A stretch of 64,000 nucleotides of DNA, taken from positions 20,037,869-20,101,868 of the forward strand of contig OZ316892.1 in the NCBI GenBank assembly GCA_973895155.1. Direction: 5' to 3'. Shown piece by piece: positions 1 through 11,310 of the stretch (the stretch's first letter is position 1; each line of letters starts with the position of its first letter). The notes beneath the pieces were generated by a model. The model was not told where the DNA came from. It made no database searches and worked only from the letters and a program-made list of their open reading frames with translations. This stretch comes from Marsupella aquatica (taxonomy: Eukaryota; Plantae; Marchantiophyta). The position numbers and the translations under genes were made by a program.

Positions 1-350
1 ATTGTCACGCCAAGCATGAACTGATAGACGCCCCTGGATAGAGTTTTCTTTAGGCATGTATGTAGTTACGAGTCACATCAGGCAATTTTCAGCTACCACA
101 ATCCTTGCTGATTTTCCCGTGTACTTCTCTGCAGGGTCAACCTTTAATTGCATTAAAACTCATAAATGTTTCTCTCTTCACAACCCTTGTTGGTTCTCGG
201 TTTACAACAAGTTTACGGCTCGATCGAAAACCCTGCTGGAAATCACACATCAAAATTTTGCTACATTCATTGACATTAAGAAAACATTTCGAGTTATCAC
301 GGTCTGCAAGGGTGTCGTCGTCCAAAAATGGGAGCTGCGGGCGACTACTA

Positions 351-1099
351 CACTATTTACCATAGTTAGTGTTACTATGGAAATAGAGTGACACTGTAAA
401 TAGTGTGAGTAACACTAATATGTGAATAGAGGAGTATTGGAGCTCAAATAACATTAATTATGGAACATACTAACATAGCACAAAAATCAATAATTCCTAT
501 GAAAACACATAATAGAATGCTTTATGAATGAACTATTAATGTAAATCTCATGGTTTAGTTGGGCTCTCTCCATGGTCCATGCTATTGTCCAAAAATTCAA
601 CCAATTCCATACCATTTTCAACTCACATTCTTCACACCCAAATAGTGTGACTACTATTACAAACAAGATTCATGGTTTCATGCAACATTTTTGGTATCAA
701 TAGCCACTCCATAAATAATGTGAGTTGATTTCCATAATTAGTGTAACACTAATTGAATCACTCACAATCACTGTTAATACAGATTTCCTTGGAAATGTTT
801 TTTTCATGATTTATTTAGATAGTGACCACGAAAACCCCGTGGCAAGGAAGAACAGAAAGAGTGATCCCATAACATACAATCAACCACCCCACCTGGGGTG
901 CGGCAACAACATGTGATGAAAGCCCAGAAACCAGGCTGTCAATCTCAAACATTGGGATCTCAAGACCAGCAAGCCCCATTGGCCAGTGAAAGTCCTATCT
1001 GTTAATACAGATTTAGTGTTAGCAAGACTATTTCGAGAGGGATTCAATTTTTTGGAGCTACACAATTAGTGTTAGTAACACTAACTACAGTAAACAGTG
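351..1099. mobile_element. Non-autonomous DNA transposon (MITE-like) with ~27-bp TIRs and TA flanks
   Basis: Left end CACTATTTACCATAGTTAGTGTTACTA (351-377). Right end TAGTAACACTAACTACAGTAAACAGTG (1073-1099) is its near-perfect reverse complement. TA lies on both sides; the interior is AT-rich and non-coding. Confidence 0.7.
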
Positions 1100-1172
1100 T
1101 ACTTGGTTTGTCTTGGGGTTACCATGGTTAGCTCGTCAACTCCGGGGCGGAAACATGCATGTCAAAATGGGA

Positions 1173-1320
1173 CATATACGGTGTACGACATTTCTCCATA
1201 CCATGATAGACCTTTGTATTGACTTTAAATCACTGAATGCACAGAGTTTACAGTGCACTCAGTGATTTAAAGAAATTAACCACGTTATCATGGTATGGAT
1301 GAATGTCGTACACCGATATG
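1173..1320. repeat. ~150-bp imperfect palindrome (hairpin)
   Basis: CATATACGGTGTACGACATTTCTCCATACCATGATA pairs with TATCATGGTATGGATGAATGTCGTACACCGATATG. The inner stem CTTTAAATCACTGAATGCAC / GTGCACTCAGTGATTTAAAG matches at 19/20. Confidence 0.85.
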
Positions 1321-1385
1321 CAACTTTTGTTGATGGGCACTTTGTTGGATATGAATAACGCTTTGACGATGGACGTAGGCATTAA

Positions 1386-1457
1386 GGGCTCGCAGCTCGA
1401 TGGTAGTGCACTGGCGTTGTATGCGGGAGGTCCCAGGTTCAAATCCTAGCCAGTCCA
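1386..1457 (+). pseudogene. tRNA-derived sequence (tRNA-Ala(UGC)-like pseudogene or SINE head)
   Basis: 72 nt, GGGCTCGCAGCTCGATGGTAGTGCA...GGTTCAAATCCTAGCCAGTCCA, with an A-box-like element and B-box GGTTCAAATCC. Cloverleaf has one mismatch in each of the acceptor, anticodon and T stems. Anticodon loop reads TTGTATG versus TTGCATG in tRNA-Ala(UGC). Confidence 0.7.
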
Positions 1458-3179
1458 TGTTGATGAGATTTGCAGCACAGTTACCCCAGAAACACCCGCG
1501 ACCCATCTCACGTATCACATACCCCCTACCATACAGGCCCGGTTGCGTGGTTAGCGTAGAGGAGGCTATGCAGCTTATCATGGAGTATCGAGCTGGTCAC
1601 TACGGACCCATTCATGAGGATGATGTTTAGCACTATCCATGCCCGTGTTGTGCATGTGAATAAACTTATTGATCACAGTATGATCCGACAGTCCTTGATT
1701 AAGATTCCACACGACGTTTCTCATAGTATGTATTTTAGGAGTTCATCATAGGCGTCAGATTGCAATGAAAATAATAGTGCCGTCACCTGAGGGAATCATG
1801 GTCATGAATAGTGACCCAATTCCATGCTTGACATGCACAGCTCTGGACAGAACCCATGTTTTGAACAGGATTGATTATGCAAACGGGGTGGATGAAAATG
1901 CACATAGTAAACCTGACTTTTACGCCCCTCTTCACGTTCTTCACTCTCTTTCTCGAGGTCTAGGTTTATGGTTCTGATTTAGCATGTTCATGTTGGAACA
2001 CGTCTTTTTTTATGGTCTTGTAGTGATATGTAATTTTATGATAAAAGAAGTAGGTAACTAGGTACACATAAAGTATATGCCAAGAAATAAGATCTCTTAA
2101 TTAAGAGTGAGTGCCATAACACACAAAACCATAAATCATCATGCAAAAAAAACCAAGAAAGTATAAAGTTACTAAAGAGTTGTGCACATACAGTACAAGA
2201 TTTCACTTCCTTCTAAGTAATGACAGTCAACTCACGTAAAACCATAAATTTTGTAAAGGAGATCACTAGGGGAACTTAGTACACTAGATGTGCACATTGT
2301 TCAAACTCATTTCTCGAACATTTAAGAGGGGAGCCAAATACTTTCAAAATACTGTAAGTTCACTAAAATTAAAAGGGGTACAAAAGTTAATTCAAAACCA
2401 CTTTAGTAAGGCACATTAAAATCAAAATACTTGACACAAAATCAGAATAAGGCAAAATGTGAAAGTTTAGATTCACCATATAGCAGCTTCACGTGGTTCT
2501 GAGTAACTCACGTGTGGAGACAACGCTTTGTAAATCGATAAGCAGAGTAGATGGCATTTTGTAAAGGAATAAAGCACAAGTCCCTAAGCCCATCCAAACT
2601 ATGCAGAGGAAAGATCATTTACTTCTATAATTTAATCCTAAACTATAATACAAGGGTCCGCTCTTTTATAGAATGGTTGTGATTTGAATTTGCAGGGTCC
2701 AAAAATGTAAACAATATGTGTCACCTTGACATCTTATGTTTTGTTCATGTTGCCATAATTTTTTCACTTCGACATCTTCATGTTGCCCTGAACATCATGC
2801 CCTTAACCTCTATATCTTTTCTCTCCTCTACTTCGCTTCCCCCATCTTTTCCTCATCTTTGCATGATATTCTCACCTCACCATCTTTTTTTCATCTCGAC
2901 ATCTTTTCTACAGGTCTAGTGAGAGACTGTTGTAATTCTGAAAATCCAGGGAAAAATCCACTAATATCAGATTGCATTACATAATGTGGATGCATGTAAA
3001 TTTCTCTCCAATAGGTGCATGTGTATTTAGACTCTCCAATTTTTGTCAACCATACTATGTCAAAGTGAATGAGTGTACAATTAACTTCCCCCCCCCCATT
3101 CCAGGCCTCCACATATATTCTCCATTCAATCATCATAATCAAACACTAAAGTGCAATGCTTGGGGTTTTTTTTAACTAT

Positions 3180-3375
3180 GTTATGTAATCCCTATAATAC
3201 ACCATTTAAGGGCTCTACACAAATATTTGAAGTTTTGGATGATTGGACATTACTTGACAATATTTGAAGTTCTTGTTGATTGGTTTATAGCTAGTTTTGC
3301 ATAATATCCAATCTCCCAAAACTTCAAATATTGTGAAGTAATCCCCTTACTGGTTAATTAAGGGGTTATATAACA
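3180..3375. repeat. AT-rich fold-back / MITE-like inverted repeat
   Basis: ACAAATATTTGAAGTTTTGGATGATTGGACATTA (~3218-3251) is the reverse complement of TAATATCCAATCTCCCAAAACTTCAAATATTGT (~3302-3334); imperfect pairing extends outward. Confidence 0.65.
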
Positions 3376-4689
3376 TTACAGGGGTATAATAAAATATACC
3401 AGCATTGAAGTAAATACAAACAAAGCTTCTTCTCGGGCTATTTGCGGCATGTGTGTATGAAAAAATTACAATTGATATGTGTTAGCTGGCCTGGAGTAAC
3501 AACTTGTTGAACGTCCTTGTGTGCAACTCTTCGGAACTTGTGTATGAGAACTCGAAGTTGTGCTCCAGTGAACCCCATGTAAGCACTCGCTAGAGTTATG
3601 TATCAACCAGTTGCTAATTTGCTAGTCTCAACAATGTTGTAATGGATGGAGCAATTGTAAAAAAAGAACACACAAGTACCTCCCCCTAATCCTCCCCCGC
3701 TTAACCTAAACCTACGTCCCTTTCCTTTACCACATCAAACAACTTTCCTAATTTTTTGGCACCAAACAAATTTTGCGGGCTGTGGCCGAGGCCCCAGCAG
3801 CAAGACGGCCAAGCAGCAAGACGGCCTGCAGGGGGGAGCAAGACATTTCTTTTTCACAGGTGGTGCCGTACAATGATTTGTGGAATCTGTTTTGTAGAAA
3901 ATAACTCCAATGACTTTGCGTTTACTAGTCAAGTGTTCAGCTTCGACACTATTGGGACACCGCTATGAAGATGGATGGTGGGCATGCCATATAGTAGTTA
4001 TTCTTAGCCCTTATGGGAGCTTTGTGATGTCTTTCTACAAGTACCTAAGGTCATTTGGCTACAAGGGAACCAAAAGAACTACACATGCTCTACTTGTAGG
4101 ACATGGAAAAAAACGTCATTTTCGTGCGATGAGTCTAGTGCGGCCAAAAATGCATTTCACAGACAGCCCTCCCGGTAAACTCAGAGATAAGAGATAGTAA
4201 TATACATAGTTCACTCAATGATAAATTGAAGGCAATGTTGGTGATCATTGTATGGTCTCTCTCCGGACCCCCGTGTCCCCGACATGTGCGAAAATGATGA
4301 CCGCCGAACTTTTGAAGCCGCAGCCACAAACTGCACGTGTATGACACCCATCCATACCGTGATAACAATAGATTACCATATAGTGCCAAATCATAGTATG
4401 CCGCCACGACAGGTTATGAGATTTCCCATAACGACAGGTTATGAGATTTCCCATAACGACAGTTTAATGCGAGACTATAACTCCTCGTACGAGAATCGAC
4501 TAACAGAATAGTAAAAACCTGAAGCTTTCACGATGTGCAAACTCCTCGTACGAGCATCGACGAAGGGAACACTTAGAAGCTTGAGCTGCCGCGACCTGCA
4601 AAGGAGTCTTTCGTTTGGTGTGAATCTGCAACCCGGCATTACAAGCTGCAGACGGCGATCTTCCGTTCAATTTTCACAGGGTACGCGGT

Positions 4690-6097
4690 ATGGCCGAACT
4701 CAAGGCGCACCTGGAAGCAGTGGAAGGTCTTCATTTTCGAAAAGTGCAGAGTGCCCGACATCCAACAGTTTACGATTGGAAGTGCCTTATTCCAGGATGT
4801 CCCGCAACAGGGATATTTTCCAGGAAGGAGTACATCAACAGGCATTGGAGAGAATGCCCGGAACATCAGAATGAGGATCTGGTGCAGAGTGTGGTGTACG
4901 TGAAGCCAGGGAGGAAGAAGGTGGAGGGCGCCACTTCACGGGAGGCCACCACAGAAGAGATGATCAGGCTTTTTAGGGCCACCAATGGGTTTTTCCCTCA
5001 CAGATGGCGTCGGTACATGTGTGGGGAACTAAATCGTCGGAGAGCACGTATTGTAGAAGAGTCCCTCACTTTGCATCTAACTTATCTGCGCACTGGTTGT
5101 CCTCCATCGCCTACTTCAATGCCACACTTTTATCTTGCAATGCATGCATTGGAATTGCCATATCTGGAAGGGTTTGCAATGCTATACAGTCCACAGTTCA
5201 GAGTTTGGTTCACACGTCACCTTAGAATAATCCTGTCCGGAGCCAATATTCACCACTTCAGGGCCTTGATTGCCTCCAAAATCTCTGAATTGGCAGATGG
5301 TATGACCAGACAAGAATGGTTTGAACGGGTTAATGTGGAGTTGGGGCTGATTGGTTCAGCGGAAGGTCTTGTTGCAGTCATGCAAGAGGTGTTGCATGCA
5401 CTGGGGCAGGGGAAGGAGTCAGTGGATGACATGTTTGAAGCAATGGTAGGATACATGTTAGCTGCAGAAAAGGCGCTTTGGTATTTGTCATTCAGCAGCA
5501 ACCCTGTAGAGACAATCCACCACACACTGCACCTCTCCTTCTACGACTGGAAATTTAGTGCAGAGGGAATGGAGCGAAAGAGGAGGAACGGGACAGAAGG
5601 TCTCAAGCACCGCATGCGTCGGCTACAGGCGCTCGGTATTGTCGAGAGTAAAGAGACTGCCACAGCAGAGGTACAATAGACAGGGATCTGAAGATGTTCA
5701 AACTATGAATTTTGTGAAGAGTTTAGTAATTGTAATGGTATGTAATTGCAAGTCCACGAATCTAAACTTGAATGTTTTATTTAATTTTGAGTAGGGAAAA
5801 TTCGGAGATGCAGAGAAGGAGATATCTGACGACGATGAGAAATGGAGGCCAGGCTTTGATCCTGTTGATATTCATTACGAGGTTGAAATGTATAGGTATG
5901 CCGGCCGAAATATAAGGTCGTATACTGAATGTTTGGCTGCATGGGTGAACGAAATCCCCCGCCCACCCGAGAAGCCTGGAAGGATAATTGTCCCTACAAA
6001 CGAGAACAAAGGGTCACTAAGGTGGGAGATTCAGTATCGCCGGTTCCAGCGAAAATACGGGTTCACTCTTGTGGAAGCGCATCTGGGTAACTTCTGA
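4690..6097 (+). CDS. Two-exon gene (4690-5670, 5795-6097; ~427 aa), unknown family with N-terminal Cys/His zinc-finger-like motif; paralog of the gene at 23471-25130
   Basis: 329-codon ORF with WKCLIPGCP...INRHWREC. Donor GAG|GTACAA at 5670/5671 and acceptor GTAG|GGA at 5794/5795 are phase 0 and in frame with ORF 5888-6097. Both exons align with the minus-strand paralog. Confidence 0.75.
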
Positions 6098-6229
6098 ATT
6101 TCCCTGTCAGACTCCCAGTTATACCAATTACCTTACATTGAATTCATGAAATCCTTATAAACTTCTCGTGGTGTGTGCCAAGAACGGGGTTGAATACCGC
6201 GTTTTCCCCGGTGCAGGGGAGGAGATGGG

Positions 6230-9200
6230 TGTGATGCCTAGACAGGAATCACTCGGCCGGTTAAGTGGGTAAAGCAGGAAGGCACCCTAGGAACAACTTA
6301 GTATAGGGACAAAACAAGGAAAATATAAACAATTAGGGGCAACCATGGAACCCGGGCAGAGGCCGGAGGTAAGGCTGAGGGTGAAAACCCGATTAGGGTT
6401 AGGGCGCGTTAAGCGTCGGCGGCTAGGAAGGATCAACGGGAAGAAGGACCGGCAGAGGAGAGGGGTAAGGAGCGCCTGCAAGAGATGGTGGCTCATTTGC
6501 GAGCACGAACTAGGCAGACGACTACGGGAGGCCAACTACTGTCAGCTGCTTAGGCAAGCACTCGGGGAGAGAGTAGATACCGACGATCGACCTAAGGAGG
6601 GTATGAGCAACATCAATCAAGCGGCACATTTCTGGGGATGCCTGTTCGAACGGGCAACTGAGTACATCAAGACTTACGAGGACGAGGAGTCAGAAAGGGC
6701 AGCTCGAGAACGGCAGGAGCTCGCTCGATTGTGGGAGCTGCAGAAGACGGCTTTCTTAGGAGGCGAACTCATCAAGGACGAGTTCCTGTGGACGCCTACT
6801 TCCAATCAACTCGACGATCTTCTGTTTTGCAAAGACAGCGTCGTCGGCATCCGAGAGGCCATCAAGAACTGCAACGACATACACTGGGAATTAAAGGGTA
6901 GCACGGAAAGGTGGACCCAGGCAACGGTGCTAGGAGAAACCTCCACGGTAGCAGAGATGAAGAGGAAGGGAGCCGTCAACGATGAAGCCACCCCGGCAAA
7001 AAGAACGAGGTCGGCGGCACCAAAGAAACCAGCCGAGCAGCAGAGCAGGAGGCAGGGAGAAGCCGAAGAGGAGGAGGTCGATCCCATCAAGGCCATTCCA
7101 ACCAGGGATGACACCTGGAAGGGCTGGGCGGCAACCCTACCGGTGGAGGTGCAACTACATTTTGCACGGGAGGAGGATGCATGCTTTACGGCCATGCAGA
7201 CCAAGAAGTACCAAGGCTTCATGGCCGGATCCGGCTTGGAGGCCTTTGTAAGATTACCATGGCTGAAGCCGGAGGTACCGGAGTCAGACCTATTAGAATT
7301 CGTGGGGTCATGGGAACCCGAGACCAATTGCACGAGGATATATGGGAAGGATTTCTATCTTACTCCCAAGGTGATTGCCGAAGTGTTTGGCTTGCCGATG
7401 GGCAATAAGACCAAAGTTGATACCAGGAAGACCTTGCCTGACAAGGAGTTCTGGTCGTTCCCCGGGCCATCAACGAAGAATGGCTTCTTCCGGAACACCT
7501 GCACCAACCCGCACATAGGAGAGATGATCGACTTCTTGCGGGTGACCATGCATTGTAACTTGCCGAGGGCAGAGATCGGCAAGGCACAGGTCTATCTGGC
7601 AGAAAGGCCAGACCCAAGCCGGGACTACAACGGGTACCTCCTCAACCAATTGAAGAAGATCTTAAAGGAGGAGCAGCAGGTAATCGGCATGGGGAGCGTG
7701 TCGCGGCTTGGCTATCACATGCCGCTGTTGTGCCGGTATGCCAGAGGTCAGACTTTTGCCCCGGTACTTCCCCTGCAGGTAAGGGCACCCGAGGAAGCTC
7801 CAACGCCGAGGCCGTTGGCTGAGAAGCCTCAACCACCTGTTAGTCCTACGATCGAGCAGGTGTTTAGGCCCAGGAAGGAAGACTTGCCGATGCAGCAACC
7901 AGGCATGCAGAGTCTGCTGAAACTACTGGAGAACGAAAAGAAATCGGCATCGGCAACAACAACGGCAACGGCAACAATACAGGACACTACTACAGAGGTA
8001 GGCCTACACCGGCTCACAAGAGAAAACCCCTTTGCTGGAGACAAGGAGAGAATCAGGCCGGAATCCAAGCCAGGTGTTTGAATGTACGTGGGAACCTCAA
8101 GCTCCGAATCTGAGGCAGAATTGGCTGAAGCTCCTACCGAGGAAGAGGAGAGGGAGAAGCCGGAAATCCAAGAGGTAGAGGAGGCAGTGGAGGACTGCAG
8201 CCATGATAATTCCGGCTATGGGTCGGACCATCACGTTCCAGGAGTAAGGACCTGTGGCCGGTTTGTCCCCACACTTCCAAGGGTAGTGCGAGGGGACCCC
8301 AACCAGCAGAGTAGCCCTGAGTCTCCCCCACCAGATGTTGCTCCCCCGAGCTTTGACGACATAAAACAGACGGTGCAGGAATTTCAGGAGCGAATCAAGC
8401 AGGAGGAAGAGGCCGCCCTGGCTAAGGAAAAGGATTTACCAGGAGGAGATTGGCCGGAGGACATCAGGCGGCTAGCCGAAAAAGGAAGCAAACCTCTAGC
8501 CACGATTGAAGAGATCCGCAGGACGGCTTGGGAGCAGAGGCCACGATGGGCGATGCCGATCACTTCTACTTACTCCACCTACGCTAAGAATAGAGCCATG
8601 GAGTATGGTGAGATGTGTGGGGAACTTGCGCTCGGCATCTTTGGAGAGGAGTTGGAGGTAGGACCCTTTTTCCATAGGGAGCAGTTGGAGAAGCACCAAT
8701 TAGAAGAAGCGGTGGCTTTAGAGAGAAGCAAGAAGGACGAGGTCATTCGGCGGCTTAGGAGGATGGGAGCCGAGATTGAAGATCTAAGGGCGGCCAAGAA
8801 AGCCCAAGATGAACTGCGGATTAAACGACATGAGCTGAACATCATGCAGGGGCAGTTGGACGCTGCGCAGGCTGATAATCAGAATATCAAGGATAAACTG
8901 ACTCAGACGCAGGAAGAGTTGGCCGACACGATCAAAGAAAGGGAAAAGTGGAAGCAAGAGCTGAAGAATACAGAGGAGGCCCACATAACAGCCAACAGCC
9001 GGGCCATGGCGGAGACCCAAAGAAAGGAATGGGCGTTGAAAGGGGAGCTCGAGAAAATCCGTGGAGCCCTTGAGCAGAAGGAGGTCGAGTTAGGGAAATC
9101 CTATCAAGGGATTATGGCGCTGCAGCAGGAGCTTGCGTCCCTGACGGCCAGCTTCAAGGCCGACCTAAGAGAGAAGGACGAGATGCTCGAACAGACTTAC

Positions 9201-10889
9201 GCCAAGATGAACCAGATGGAGTCTGTCATCATTGCAGAGCTCGACAAGGAGCTAAGAGCAACCCAGGAGGAGAAGGCTACCTTGAAGAAGGAATTGGAGG
9301 AAGCCCACAGGGAGCAGGAGGAGGCCAAAAACGAGCTGGAGGGGGCACGTAAGGACCTGGATGAAACCCAAGAGGAGTTGGAGGAAATCACGAGGAAGAT
9401 GGAGAACCTACAACGGCGGGCCGACAACCAAACAGAGCGGCTGAAGAAACAAGCCGCAGTATTTAAATGCTTAGCTGCAGCAGGTCCATCTCCTGTTGGG
9501 ACAAACCAGTTACCAGGGGTGGTAATTGCCGAAGGACAAGCCGCGCCACCTGCACCAGTGCCAGAGGTAAGTGGGAAGGGGAAGGGACCAGCTGCCGAGC
9601 CACCAACGAAGAAGAAGCGGAAACCTTCAGGGTCAAGGAGTAATACGACTTCACAGGCCGTGGTGATCAAGGAGGTAGACCCAGCACCGACCCCAGACAG
9701 GGTCACGGCTAAGGATCCAACTACCCTAGGGGAAGGGGAGGCCGAAGCCGTGGGGTTGGCTGAAGCCGAAGCCGTGGGAGTGGCTGAGGCCGAAGCCGTG
9801 GGTATTGCCGAGGCCGGTGTCGAGGCTGAAGCCGAAGGTGGACCCAGTCAGGCCGATGGAGAGTTGACTCGGTCAAGGGCAGGTAATCTGTCAGTAGGCG
9901 GGCCAACGGCAGTGGCTGAGGAGGAAGTGTTGGGGGCGTCCATTGAGGATCCACCACCGGTGTCGTGACGGTGCAAGGGCGCCGTTCCTTTTAGGGAGGG
10001 CGGACGTGGAGGGAGGAGGCGTGAGTGGGCAGGGCGGGCACGGATCTCCATGTTTAGGATTAGGATCAGAACCAGGAGCGGCCCTGACACTTAGCTTAGT
10101 GGGATTGCGGTCCCACTGGTAGGAGCAACACTTGTGCTCCTGCCTTGCTGTACATAGGTAGATTTGGGCAAGTAGATTACTGTTAAGTAGATTAGGCTTA
10201 CGATGCAAAGAATGGCGGATCCACTACCAGGATAAGTACCTGGGCAGCGGGGAGCTCAGGGCCTCTTCTTTAGCAAGTTTTTAGTTTGCACCAGCCGGGC
10301 TGGGATCAAGTAGTACGAGAAGCTCTCGGTTAGTCATACAGTGACCCTTGTGTATATTCATGTTTCCTCATGCCTAAGAGCTGAATAGAGTTGGCCTCAC
10401 GGCTTAGTTCGCAGAACTTGTGTATGAGATGTACTGTTTGTATGGCAAGTGCATGGTATGACTCAGTCAGAATGAGTCATTTTGCTATTTGTGTGTCGCA
10501 TTAACTTGTGTGAAGAGTGCCCACATCAACAGAAGGAAGGAAAGTAAGCAGGGGAGTGAGAGTTGGATGTGTCGAGCTGAGAGAGGTCTTAGCGGCTTAA
10601 CCAAGCCTATTGGGGATCATTCCGGCGGCGGAATCCAAACATACCTAACAAGACGGAGGGGAAGACAGGGGAAGACAGGGGAAGGCCTATATTAGGCCGG
10701 CTACGTATCTCATGACCCGATGAAGGATCTGTCCAGTATATGTGTGTAAAATGTTAATAGTAGTAGTAGAAGGTTAGCAGCGTCCCATGCCGCTAAGCCG
10801 CGGAAACGGCCTCGCCAAGCACGAAACCTGCGGGAATCGGCTTGAGCTGGGGGGTTTCTTGGGTTTAGGGAGCCATGGGACGCACCACA
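6230..10889 (+). mobile_element. Solo-LTR-like insertion, copy 1 (4660 bp), 5-bp TSD ATGGG
   Basis: Starts TGTGATGCC and ends GCACCACA (imperfect terminal inverted repeat). ATGGG at 6225-6229 and 10890-10894. The rebuilt empty site matches the uninterrupted repeat unit at ~11110-11170. Near-identical to 12582-17242. Confidence 0.85.
6345..9968 (+). pseudogene. LTR-internal ORF (~1207 aa, one premature stop): plant-mobile-domain/Transposase_32-like segment followed by a long coiled coil
   Basis: ORFs 6345-8081 and 8082-9968 are in frame and separated by TGA (8079-8081), which is CGA in copy 2 (14434-14436). GLEAFVRLPW...LLEFVGSW...IYGKDFYLTPKVIAEVFGLP resembles accessory ORFs of plant Ty3/gypsy elements (recognised by eye). 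No gag, RT or integrase motifs. Confidence 0.7.
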
Positions 10890-11310
10890 ATGGGCCAGGA
10901 TAGCCCGCAGCTCGACGACAGTGCCGGTATTGTGGTCGAAGATACCTCGAATTGCGCTACGCATGCACACTCGCCTCACGGGGATATGCATAGTGGCTGC
11001 CCAACAGGTGGTGCCGCACAATGATATCCGACATTGTTTTGTGTTTATGTCGTGGTATGTTGATAGCGGAGAAGCCATTATGTATATGCTCCAATGGGGA
11101 AGGGACTCAAAACCGCGTTTGCCCCGGTGCAGGGGAGGAGATGGGCCAGGATGGCCCGCAGCTCGACGACAGTGCCGATATTGTGGTCGAAGATACCTCG
11201 AATTGTGCTACGCATGCACACTCGCCTCGCGGGGATATGCACAGTGGCTGCCCAACAGGTGGGGCCGCACAATGATATCCGACATTGTTTTGTGTTTATG
11301 TCGTGGTATG
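10890..11310. repeat. 251-bp tandem duplication; the first unit is interrupted by solo-LTR copy 1 and continues at ~6195-6229
   Basis: ATGGGCCAGGAT(A/G)GCCCGCAGCTCGACGACAGTGCCG... at 10890 and 11141. The sequence before 11141 (CCGCGTTTGCCCCGGTGCAGGGGAGGAG) matches 6197-6224. Confidence 0.9.

Noticed and set aside
1386-1457. Functional tRNA-Thr(UGU)
   Set aside because: The body is tRNA-Ala-like with mismatches in three stems; the anticodon change is best explained by C-to-T decay.
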